From the IMG/VR virus record IMGVR_UViG_3300018073_000007, positions 1 to 48,754 of that record: a stretch of 48,754 nucleotides of DNA; one strand, 5' to 3'. The notes below the pieces were generated by a model that saw only the letters and a list, made by a program, of their open reading frames with translations, was not told the DNA's origin and searched no databases. Both the position numbers and the translations under genes were made by a program. Source of the DNA: a virus. Lineage: Duplodnaviria; Caudoviricetes. Shown piece by piece: positions 37,714-45,737 of the stretch (positions within the stretch are counted from its first letter, which is position 1; each line of letters begins with the position of its first letter).

Positions 37714-37923
37714 GTTCAGTACCCCGATTGACGGGTCCCCGCCCTCCGCAGGGTGGGCGCCGGCGCCGAACATACGTTTGTCCCTTGATGGTCTACCAGG
37801 ACCTACGCCCTCTTACCTCGGTATGCCGGCGCATAACGCCTGACGCGTTTGCAGGCCCCGAGGGGCATATCGCCATATCCCAGGGGCTAGTTACCAACGT
37901 GCCGCCCGGCGGGGCGGACAGGC

Positions 37924-38373
37924 TCAGGCGCTCTTGACCTTGGGCTTCACGACGCGGCGGGCGTGAACCAGGTTGCCGTTGATCGGCTCGGCCGGCGCTG
38001 CGGGAACCACGGGAACTTCGCCCGTCTTCGCGGCGCGGGTGGCTGCACGCTTCTCCTTGGCCGCGGCCTTCTTGGCCTCGGCGGGACCAGCAATGTCGGT
38101 GCGCTGGATCACCAGGAACCCCGGCCCGGGCTGCCCGCACTTCTTGCAGATCACGTCGCTGTCGATGTGGCGCAGCTTGATCTTGGCTCCCCGGTTGGTC
38201 GCCCGTGTCCTGATGATCCGTTCCATCATCAGCGGGTGGCCGGGGAAGTCGACCCCTTGTTCCAGCTTCCAGATGTCCCCGTCGAACCAGTCGTCCCAGG
38301 GGTAGGTGTAGCTCCCGTCCGTACGACGCGGGCTTGACGACGCGAAGTCGAACTCTTTGAGCTTCTCGGACAT
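37924..38373 (-). CDS. Hypothetical protein, possibly DNA-binding
   Basis: GAGGAG SD before ATG 38373; YPWDDWFDG.IW.L..G.DF; basic tail. Confidence 0.75.
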   Translation of the reverse strand: MSEKLKEFDFASSSPRRTDGSYTYPWDDWFDGDIWKLEQGVDFPGHPLMMERIIRTRATNRGAKIKLRHIDSDVICKKCGQPGPGFLVIQRTDIAGPAEAKKAAAKEKRAATRAAKTGEVPVVPAAPAEPINGNLVHARRVVKPKVKSA

Positions 38374-38420
38374 GACACTCCTCAGTGGCGGTGGTGTGTT
38401 ACCCGTCACAGGGTAACGAC

Positions 38421-38987
38421 TTACACCTGGACGACTGTCATCTGGATGTAGAAGAAGATCGGCAGCAGGACCGAGGAGATGAGCAGCACCCACGGGATGC
38501 GGCCGAGCATCTTGTGGACCGGGCTGACCAGCCGGTAGAAGAAGCGGTGCTTGAACATGCTCTTGTCGACCAGCTGGCAGTAGGCGATGGCGAGTGCCGG
38601 CGTGACTACGAAGGTCTGCAGCAGCCAGCACCAGTGGATGATGGTCGGGTTGTTGGGCACATGCATCCCTGACGAGTCACGCAGTGACGTGAAGGGGTTG
38701 GTGTCCGGGTGGCCGATGCACAGAATCACGATCCACCACCAGACCACGGCTGTGCCCCACACCTTCCACATGGCCGACAGGAGGACCGCCTTGCCGGCAG
38801 CCAGCTGCCAGTCGCCTGTGCGCTCGTACCAGTTGCGGCCGATCCGCAGCATGACCGGGCCGAAGATCATCGACCAGATGGCGGCGCGGAGCTTGCGGAA
38901 CGCACCAGGCGTGAAGTACGGCTCCTGTCCGGGTCCGTTGCCCCAATGCTCGGGTGGTGCGTCTTGCCAGGCTGGCTGAATGCTCAT
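38421..38987 (-). CDS. Multi-pass membrane protein
   Basis: AAGGA SD; about four hydrophobic segments. Confidence 0.75.
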   Translation of the reverse strand: MSIQPAWQDAPPEHWGNGPGQEPYFTPGAFRKLRAAIWSMIFGPVMLRIGRNWYERTGDWQLAAGKAVLLSAMWKVWGTAVVWWWIVILCIGHPDTNPFTSLRDSSGMHVPNNPTIIHWCWLLQTFVVTPALAIAYCQLVDKSMFKHRFFYRLVSPVHKMLGRIPWVLLISSVLLPIFFYIQMTVVQV

Positions 38988-39024
38988 GGTCGGTCCTTAG
39001 TTTGTGGGGATTCCTGCTGACTAA

Positions 39025-39054
39025 ATCATACCCCCATCGAGTAACACATTGCAA
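39025..39054 (-). promoter_or_regulatory. SigA-type promoter (leftward)
   Basis: TTGCAA-18 nt-TATGAT on the minus strand. Confidence 0.65.
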
Positions 39055-39101
39055 CGCCTTACACCTGCTTGGAACACCTGTCGGTGATAATCTCCGCGCT
39101 T

Positions 39102-39380
39102 GTGAGTGGATCCCCACCAGATCGGGGCAACGACCCCAATCGCCGGCCAGTGCAGCCCCTGAACATGGTCAGGGGAGGGGGGATTTGCGACCCAGGTGAG
39201 AAGGGTGGGCACATCATCAAAGGATCGATGAAGCCGGCCGTGTGCATGCCCAACGTTGGAACAGACACCCGGCCTCGGTGGAAGCAGGCCGGCCAAGGTG
39301 TCAGCCCGCCATCACGGCACACGGTTCACTTCCTGCAGCACCGCAAGGGCGGCACGCCCTACGGCAAGCCGAATCGATAG
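39102..39380 (+). CDS. Possible small basic Pro/Gly-rich protein
   Basis: Fills the gap; stop overlaps the SD of the next gene; start uncertain. Confidence 0.4.
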   Translation: MSGSPPDRGNDPNRRPVQPLNMVRGGGICDPGEKGGHIIKGSMKPAVCMPNVGTDTRPRWKQAGQGVSPPSRHTVHFLQHRKGGTPYGKPNR

Positions 39381-39391
39381 GAGCTTGGAAC

Positions 39392-40336
39392 ATGGGATGG
39401 GGAACGCCACCGAGTTGGGGCAGCAACAGCAGCAAGAAGAAGACTGCGTCCACGATCAAGAAGAAGACCTCCCAAGGGGGGATGGCCGGAGAAGGCAAGA
39501 CCCCGGGAGGTCACGCCAGCGGCTCGGGCGGCGGTAAGGGGTCTTCCAACGGTCAGGGCGGCATGCCCTACAGCAACCCGTGGACGAAGTCGCCGCCGCC
39601 CAAGAGCAGCGGCGGTGGCTCCTCGGGTGGCGGCGGCGGTAGCTCCGGTGGCGGCTCTGGTGGTGGAGGCGGCGGTGGAGGAGGAGGAGGCGGCGGCGGT
39701 GGAGGCGGCGGTGGCCCTCGGATCGCCACCACGATGTACGCAGGCGTGAAGGCCAACACCAAGATCGACGCCGGCACGGGCAGCAAGATCGTCAACAAGG
39801 CCTTCGTCGCCCCGAAGTACAAGGCGGCGACCCAGGCGACGATCCACGACGCGCCCGAGAACGCTCACGCGCCGGCCGGCACCAAGAAGCTGTCCGACAC
39901 CTCGGATATCACCTACTACCGCAAGCCGGCCGCTGCGGTGACGCCGGCTGCACCCGTGGCACCCATCGGTGGGTACGCCCCCAACGGTGCCAACCGGTCG
40001 ACCCTGCAGCTTGGCTCCCTCCCGAGGGCCGGCTCGTCGCCCACCTTCCATCCAACAGTCATCCCGGCCCTTGGAACGGCTCCCTCCTCATCGGTCGGCG
40101 GGTCGCCTTCGTTCTCTCCGATGACCCAGCCGCGGCGTACGTTCGCCCCCAGCCGAGGTGTTGGAACAGTCGGTGGCAGCAAGTGGAACGGTGGCGTTGG
40201 CGGCAATGCTGCGACTAGCCCAGGCGGCGGATGGTCCCACCAGATCACACCTGGACCACCCTCTGTCGGCCCACGCATGGCGCACGACCTGGGTCCAGTG
40301 CGCTCCTACAAGGCAGGCCGCGGCTTCGGCCTCTGA
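39392..40336 (+). CDS. Basic Gly/Ser/Pro-rich protein with poly-Gly tract
   Basis: AGGAG SD; long Gly run with mixed codons at about 39659-39714. Confidence 0.75.
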   Translation: MGWGTPPSWGSNSSKKKTASTIKKKTSQGGMAGEGKTPGGHASGSGGGKGSSNGQGGMPYSNPWTKSPPPKSSGGGSSGGGGGSSGGGSGGGGGGGGGGGGGGGGGGGPRIATTMYAGVKANTKIDAGTGSKIVNKAFVAPKYKAATQATIHDAPENAHAPAGTKKLSDTSDITYYRKPAAAVTPAAPVAPIGGYAPNGANRSTLQLGSLPRAGSSPTFHPTVIPALGTAPSSSVGGSPSFSPMTQPRRTFAPSRGVGTVGGSKWNGGVGGNAATSPGGGWSHQITPGPPSVGPRMAHDLGPVRSYKAGRGFGL

Positions 40337-40494
40337 TGCAGGCCACCGCGGGGTCCCCGGTCAAGGTCATCTGGACGGTCAACGGGGTACAGCACGACCA
40401 TGTGCTGTACCACAGCTGGCCCGAGCCGAACTGCGCCTGGGACTGCTGCTGCCATCGACCGCCAGAGTTGAACCATAGGGAGATACCGAAATGA
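40336..40494 (+). CDS. Small Cys/His-rich protein
   Basis: TGATG and ATGA coupling. Confidence 0.5.
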   Translation: MQATAGSPVKVIWTVNGVQHDHVLYHSWPEPNCAWDCCCHRPPELNHREIPK

Positions 40495-40721
40495 CAATGC
40501 TCGGAACCATCGTCGCCGAGATCATGAACAGCCCCGACTTCGCCGAGATCATGTTCTTGGTGGCGTTCATCCTGTTCATCATCGAGTTCGTGCGACTGCT
40601 CGCCTTCGGGCGTACGCCGAACGGGGCACCAGGGTGGGGCTACCACTGGCTGCTGGTGGTCGCCGGCCTGGCCTGCGTGGCGCTCGGCCTGCTCGCTCTA
40701 CCGAGCGGGGCAGCGCCGTGA
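40491..40721 (+). CDS. Two-TM membrane protein
   Basis: GGAG SD; two hydrophobic helices. Confidence 0.7.
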   Translation: MTMLGTIVAEIMNSPDFAEIMFLVAFILFIIEFVRLLAFGRTPNGAPGWGYHWLLVVAGLACVALGLLALPSGAAP

Positions 40722-40816
40722 TCCCGCTACTCGCTGCCGGCCTCTACATCGGCGGCGGTGTCCTGCTGCTGATCCTCATCATCATCGTCGTCGTCCTGCT
40801 GCTGCGGCGCGCCTAG
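40718..40816 (+). CDS. 32-aa single-TM peptide
   Basis: GTGA overlap; YIGGGVLLLILIIIVVVLLLRR. Confidence 0.6.
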   Translation: MIPLLAAGLYIGGGVLLLILIIIVVVLLLRRA

Positions 40817-41029
40817 GTCAACGAACGAGTCGCATCGGCACAAGCGTGCCGGCGCACCGATGGTCGCCGGGAACATGCACAGGGTCAGGCCACCGATGTG
40901 GTCGTCAATGTCATGCCGGCATGTGCCGCACGGCACAAGGGGTTCGTCAGAGGCACGCTCTGCGAGCCACAGCAGCACGCGGCGGTGCTGTTCCAGTTGA
41001 TCGGCTGCTGAGTCCCTCGGCACCTTCAC
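40727..41029 (-). CDS. Small Cys/His protein (probably leaderless)
   Basis: TACCGT 7 nt before GTG; CGTCRH...H...C...CRC. Confidence 0.5.
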   Translation of the reverse strand: MKVPRDSAADQLEQHRRVLLWLAERASDEPLVPCGTCRHDIDDHIGGLTLCMFPATIGAPARLCRCDSFVDLGAPQQQDDDDDDEDQQQDTAADVEAGSE

Positions 41030-41041
41030 GGTGCCCACGGT

Positions 41042-41073
41042 ACGCGAAAGCCCCCGGCCTTTCGGCCGGGGGC
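41042..41073 (-). terminator. Intrinsic terminator of the vWA gene
   Basis: Minus strand GCCCCCGGCC-GAAA-GGCCGGGGGC then TTTCGCGT. Confidence 0.85.
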
Positions 41074-41097
41074 ATATCGCCATATCGGGGGGACCAC

Positions 41098-43194
41098 TCA
41101 GGCCATCTGCAGCAGCAGTCCCTCTAGCAGCCAGGGCAGTTCATCCAGGTTGGTGACCGGGAAGCTGTCGGGGCAGCCGTAGGTCCGCAGCTTGTCCGTA
41201 CGAGCGTTGGCCTTGGTCGGGTTGCCGGGGGCGTAGCCGACGCCCATCAGGATGCGCCCGTCAGCGGCGTACGGGGCGAGCGTGCGACCGCCGAACCCCG
41301 CCCACACGCCATCGGTCATGATGAGCACCAGGTGGCGCACCTTGCCGAACCGCTGGTTGTCCAGGTCGGCCAGCGCCCATGACGGGTCAGTGTTGCCGGT
41401 GCAGGAGATGGTCGGCAGCACGTCGCCGGCCTCCTCCTCGCCATCCCACAGCACCTTGGCGTCGTCGTCCCACAGCACGACCGTGCAGGGAATCTCCAAC
41501 CGGTCGCAGGCCTTCTTGGTGGCGTAGCCCACCCGGGCGAGGTCCAGGCGGTTGCTGCTCATCGAACCGCTGTAGTCCAGCAGGACCGACACGGCCAGGT
41601 TGTAGCCAGGCACGTCGTCATCGACCCACTGCTTGAAGAACTCCATGTCCCCCGGCTGGCGGGTCATGTAGCGGCCGACGTTGAGGATGCCGGAACGCTG
41701 TCCCTCCACCCACGCCGGCATCCGATCCATCGTCGCCTGGTTGAACGAGCCGACCAGGTCATCGGCCAGCGCCTCGGCGGCGATCATGTGATCGGCGTTG
41801 GTGTCGGGGATCAGTTCGTAGGGCATCAGCTTGGAGCCACGGCGGTCCAGGGCGTCGTTGTAGGCGTCCACGTCAGCGTCCAGCGCCCGATCGTTGTACC
41901 GATCCTCCTCGGCCTTGGCGATGGCCTCGTTGAGGTCATCCTGGGTCAGGGAGTGGTCGGCCTCCTCCTCGCTGCGTGCGCCGGCACCGTGCCCCTCGGC
42001 ACCCTGGCTGCTGCCGTCGTCGCTCGTCTCATCGCCGTCGAGGTCGGAGTCGCCATCGTCGTCGCCTTCGCCGGCCTCCTCGCCTTCTTCGCCACCAGCG
42101 CCGGCTGGGACGTCCTGGTCGCCTTCCTCGTCCCCCTCGGAGCCAGCGCCGGCACCTTCGTCCTCGCCGGCCTCGTCCTCGTCGTCCTGGGGGGCGCTGC
42201 CGATGGCCTCGCCGGCTTCGTCCTCGTCCTCGTCCTCGTCCGCATCCATCGTCGGATCGACCGGGATGCTCATCTTCTCGGAGGAGTCGGGACCGCGCTG
42301 CTCGCCAGTCTCCGGGGTGGTGCTCGTCTGGAACCGGTGAGTCTCGGCAGCCTCGGGCAGGGTCAGTTGAAGCTGCTCGGTGAGGTCAGCGAACCAGGCG
42401 ACGGCGTTCCACATCTCACGGGGCGTGGTCGCCTTCACATAGCGGTCCACGCAGACTTCAATGTCCTGGGTCAGCGCCTCGCTGAACCGAGCCACGAACG
42501 CCTCGCGGCAGGCGGTGCGAATGTGCTTGGGGAGGTACCGACGCCACACCAGCAGCGGGTAGTTGCCGGTCGCCTTGTCCACGGTGTTGAGCAGTTCGCA
42601 CAGCACCATCGGCACGAAGAACGCCGCCTTGCGCGGGCTGTCACTGACCACCGCAGTCTCCATGCGCTGATCCTCTAGAGCGTTCCAGGCCCGCTGCAGC
42701 TTGCGGAGTTCCACGCCCGTGCGATCGTCGCGGTCGCAGACCATCGTCCGCAGTTCGGGGAACGGGATGGTCCAGCGAATGTGACCACCTTCGTGGTACA
42801 TCAGGCCACGCAGCACCGCCGCCATGACCCGAGGGTCCGGGTCGGTGTGGTAGCGGACGTGGATGCGCTTGAAGTCGGTCCAGGCTTCCAGCCGCATGTC
42901 CTCCATCGTTGGCAGGACGTCGATGAACGGCGTGATGTTCTCCGATGCGAGCGATCCCACGATGCTGTTGAGCAGTCCACGCTGGACGGCTGCACGCTCG
43001 GGGATGCCGACGCTGCGGTTGTTGAGGCTCTCCTCCCACTCCGCACGCGCCTTGCGCTCGGTGAGCATCGCTTCGGCAGTACGAGCGGCCTCCTCGGCCA
43101 TGCGCTCGCGGCCGGCCTTCATCAGTTGCCGGCCCATCTCGGTGGTGGGGGGAAGGCGCTTGCGCGTCTTCTTGGGTGCGGGTTGTGTGGTCAC
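41098..43194 (-). CDS. CobT-like protein: HEXXH metallopeptidase-like domain, acidic linker, vWA domain
   Basis: YHEGGH, NALEDQRME; D/E/G-rich linker; LLDYSGSM and MTDG; GTG 43194 is 7 nt from a -10 box. Confidence 0.85.
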   Translation of the reverse strand: MTTQPAPKKTRKRLPPTTEMGRQLMKAGRERMAEEAARTAEAMLTERKARAEWEESLNNRSVGIPERAAVQRGLLNSIVGSLASENITPFIDVLPTMEDMRLEAWTDFKRIHVRYHTDPDPRVMAAVLRGLMYHEGGHIRWTIPFPELRTMVCDRDDRTGVELRKLQRAWNALEDQRMETAVVSDSPRKAAFFVPMVLCELLNTVDKATGNYPLLVWRRYLPKHIRTACREAFVARFSEALTQDIEVCVDRYVKATTPREMWNAVAWFADLTEQLQLTLPEAAETHRFQTSTTPETGEQRGPDSSEKMSIPVDPTMDADEDEDEDEAGEAIGSAPQDDEDEAGEDEGAGAGSEGDEEGDQDVPAGAGGEEGEEAGEGDDDGDSDLDGDETSDDGSSQGAEGHGAGARSEEEADHSLTQDDLNEAIAKAEEDRYNDRALDADVDAYNDALDRRGSKLMPYELIPDTNADHMIAAEALADDLVGSFNQATMDRMPAWVEGQRSGILNVGRYMTRQPGDMEFFKQWVDDDVPGYNLAVSVLLDYSGSMSSNRLDLARVGYATKKACDRLEIPCTVVLWDDDAKVLWDGEEEAGDVLPTISCTGNTDPSWALADLDNQRFGKVRHLVLIMTDGVWAGFGGRTLAPYAADGRILMGVGYAPGNPTKANARTDKLRTYGCPDSFPVTNLDELPWLLEGLLLQMA

Positions 43195-43201
43195 GGGTAT
43201 G

Positions 43202-43299
43202 ACACTACTCCCCAGGTGCAGGGGACGCAACCCACAAATCCCCAGGTATGGGGGTTTCTGCACGAATCTGGTTGCAAGGGCCGGCCGAGGGTGTAATGT
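43202..43299. promoter_or_regulatory. Divergent SigA-type promoters
   Basis: Minus TTGCGT-17-TAGTGT (43230-43202); plus TTGCAA-16-TAATGT (43272-43299). Confidence 0.7.
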
Positions 43300-43342
43300 C
43301 TCTCTCACCGAACCACCCGCTCCCCGAAAGGCAGCACCTCTA

Positions 43343-44671
43343 ATGGCATCAGCCGAAGCCCTCCGACCCGGATTCCAGTACCGGGTTGTCTCTGGCCCAC
43401 TCCTGGGCGAGACAGTCACCGTCATCACCAACAAGGTGTTCCCTGACTCCGACCCACGCCGCCGCAAGGTGACCGTGGAGTTCGATGGCAGCGTCGCCTA
43501 CGTCCTGCCCCGTGTCCTGGCCGACGAGCCAGAGGCGAGCGTGTCGGATGACACACAGTCCTCCTCAGGAGACGAGCCGGCACCGGTCGACACACCCGAG
43601 CAGGCGCAGATGAAGGCGCTGTCGCTGTCGACAGCCGCCAACCCGATCACCGACCCGATGGACCCACGCCTGGACCACCTGCGTCCGCTGGTGGGCCGCA
43701 ACAGCAAGATCGGCCGGTACATCGCCCGCACCATGAAGAACGGCAAGAGCGACACCGAGGTGCTGCTGGGCTACGCCAGCGACGAGCACCGTGTCGACAA
43801 CAACGGGTACCCCGTGCCCTTCGCTTTGAAGGGACCGACGCAGTCGGGCAAGACGCTCGCCATCCAGGTGCTCGCGGTCAAGTGGGCCGAGATGCTGGGG
43901 CTGCCCAAGCCGATGCCGATCTTCACTCTCAGCGGCTCGGCCGGCGTGACCGACTTCGACTTCTTCGGTCAGCCGACGTCGATGGTCGATGAGCGCACGG
44001 GCCGCGACCGCATCGTCCACCTCCCCGGCACGGTCGAACTGTGGGCGCAGTCGGGCGGCATCCTCTATGTGGACGAAATCAACGCCATCCCGCCCCGCTA
44101 CGCCATCAGCCTCAACCCGATCCTCGACCACCGCCATGAGTTCACGAACCGCGGCAAGGCCGTGGTGAAGGGCGGCTGCGTGATGGCCGAGGTGGTCAAG
44201 CTGCACGAAGATTGCTGGCCCGTGACCACCTACAACGAGGGATACGAGGATATGGCGAAGATGAACAAGTCACTTCACCAGCGCTTCGACCACATCTTGT
44301 GGGACTACGACACGGTGGTGGAGCACACGCTCATCAAGAACGAGAACCTGCACCGCCTGGCCGAGGCGTTCCGCCTGGCCTACCAGAACCGCAAGATCAA
44401 CATTCCGGTGTCCACGGCTCTGCTGCAGCGCATCCAGCGCAACATCACGGTCCAGGGCGTGGAGATGGCGATGGAAATCTTCCTCGGCATGTTCGATGAG
44501 CGCCACCGTCCGGTGGCGTCGGAAATCCTCGACGCTCAGTCGATCACGGCGGCGCTGCTGGAAGATGAGAAGCAGGCCCGCTACAACGCCGAGCAGGCGG
44601 CGGCGCAGTTCGCACCGCCCGCCGATCCCGCCAACGATCCGCTGGCCCAGGCTCTGGGCCAGAGCGTCTGA
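43343..44671 (+). CDS. MoxR/CobS-like AAA+ ATPase
   Basis: GPTQSGKT, ILYVDEIN, sensor N and LHQRF; AAAGG SD before ATG 43343. Confidence 0.88.
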   Translation: MASAEALRPGFQYRVVSGPLLGETVTVITNKVFPDSDPRRRKVTVEFDGSVAYVLPRVLADEPEASVSDDTQSSSGDEPAPVDTPEQAQMKALSLSTAANPITDPMDPRLDHLRPLVGRNSKIGRYIARTMKNGKSDTEVLLGYASDEHRVDNNGYPVPFALKGPTQSGKTLAIQVLAVKWAEMLGLPKPMPIFTLSGSAGVTDFDFFGQPTSMVDERTGRDRIVHLPGTVELWAQSGGILYVDEINAIPPRYAISLNPILDHRHEFTNRGKAVVKGGCVMAEVVKLHEDCWPVTTYNEGYEDMAKMNKSLHQRFDHILWDYDTVVEHTLIKNENLHRLAEAFRLAYQNRKINIPVSTALLQRIQRNITVQGVEMAMEIFLGMFDERHRPVASEILDAQSITAALLEDEKQARYNAEQAAAQFAPPADPANDPLAQALGQSV

Positions 44672-44889
44672 TGACCATGATCGGAGCCACCCGCGAAGGG
44701 CGGGTGGCTCCGGTGTTCCACCACCGCGACCACTACACCTCGGCCGGCCGGCCCAAGCGCCCCCTCACCAGGGAGCAGGCCGAGGCGATTGCCGAGCGCC
44801 ATCCAGTGCGTGCGTACCGGTGCCCACAGTGTGACGAGTATCACACTGGACACCTCAGTAGGCCAGTTGCTGTTACTGCCCATTCGTGA
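44671..44889 (+). CDS. Small Zn-ribbon protein
   Basis: AYRCPQCDEYHTGH. Confidence 0.7.
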   Translation: MTMIGATREGRVAPVFHHRDHYTSAGRPKRPLTREQAEAIAERHPVRAYRCPQCDEYHTGHLSRPVAVTAHS

Positions 44890-44930
44890 TTGAATAACCC
44901 CACCCCACCAACCCGGAAGGACCAACCACC

Positions 44931-45737
44931 ATGTTCACCTCACTCGCTGGAATGCCCACCAGGGCCACGTCCAGCATCACGCTCTCGGCTCTCATGCTGA
45001 ACGTGCCGCTCGGCATCTACACCTCCACCGAGGAGACGCGAGTCCCCCGCAAGGAGTTCTTCAACGGCGATGCCAGCATCCCCGTGGGCCGCTCTCCGAT
45101 CCGTCAGGACACGGGCGAGGTCATCCACCAGACCGACGTGGTCCGCATGGCGCAGGCCAGCAATGGCACCTGGGTCGAACTGACCGACGACGAGATTGCC
45201 GCCTGCACCGCCCCCAAGGGCGTGGCCGAGGTCGTCAGCTTCGTGCCGGTCAAGGAGTTCGGCTCCTACCTCACCGAGAAGCTGTACCAGGTGCGGCCCA
45301 AGGTGGAGAAGGGCAAGCCCAACCGTGCGGCTGTCCAGGCGCTCGCTCTGCTGTTCGCCGGCATGAAGGCCCGCAAGGTCGGAGCGCTCGTCCAGTTGGC
45401 GATGCGTGGGCCGGCTCGGTACGCCATCCTCACCAGCGAGGGCGACCTGATGATGATCCTCACCGCCGACGCCATCCGCAAGCCGATCCCGCTGGACGAC
45501 GACTTCAAGTTCACCAAGCCCGAGGTCGAGATGGCGACGAACCTCATCGACGCCATCGGCGTGGACGCTCCGATCATCACCGACGACACCGCTCCGGTGG
45601 TGCAGGAGTACGTCGACGCGAAGGCCGGTGGGGCACCCACGGCCAAGGTCACGCCGCCTGCGGCGATCGACAACCTGATGGAGGCCTTCCAGGCTTCCAT
45701 CGACGCCGCCAAGGCCGGCAAGGGCAAGGCGGCGTGA
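44931..45737 (+). CDS. ku: Ku-like DNA end-binding protein
   Basis: ITL..LNVPL, VELTDDEI, FVP, EVEMA.NLI and NLMEAFQASI. Confidence 0.85.
   Translation: MFTSLAGMPTRATSSITLSALMLNVPLGIYTSTEETRVPRKEFFNGDASIPVGRSPIRQDTGEVIHQTDVVRMAQASNGTWVELTDDEIAACTAPKGVAEVVSFVPVKEFGSYLTEKLYQVRPKVEKGKPNRAAVQALALLFAGMKARKVGALVQLAMRGPARYAILTSEGDLMMILTADAIRKPIPLDDDFKFTKPEVEMATNLIDAIGVDAPIITDDTAPVVQEYVDAKAGGAPTAKVTPPAAIDNLMEAFQASIDAAKAGKGKAA

Noticed and set aside
27372-40167. TTGGAAC as canonical parS or LexA sites
   Set aside because: The copies are unpaired non-palindromic sites that differ from both consensus sequences, and no ParB gene is in the window.
42863-43467. Apparent 600-bp head-to-head overlap of the AAA+ and vWA ORFs
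   Set aside because: An artefact of longest-ORF calling; promoters and SD place the starts at 43194 and 43343.
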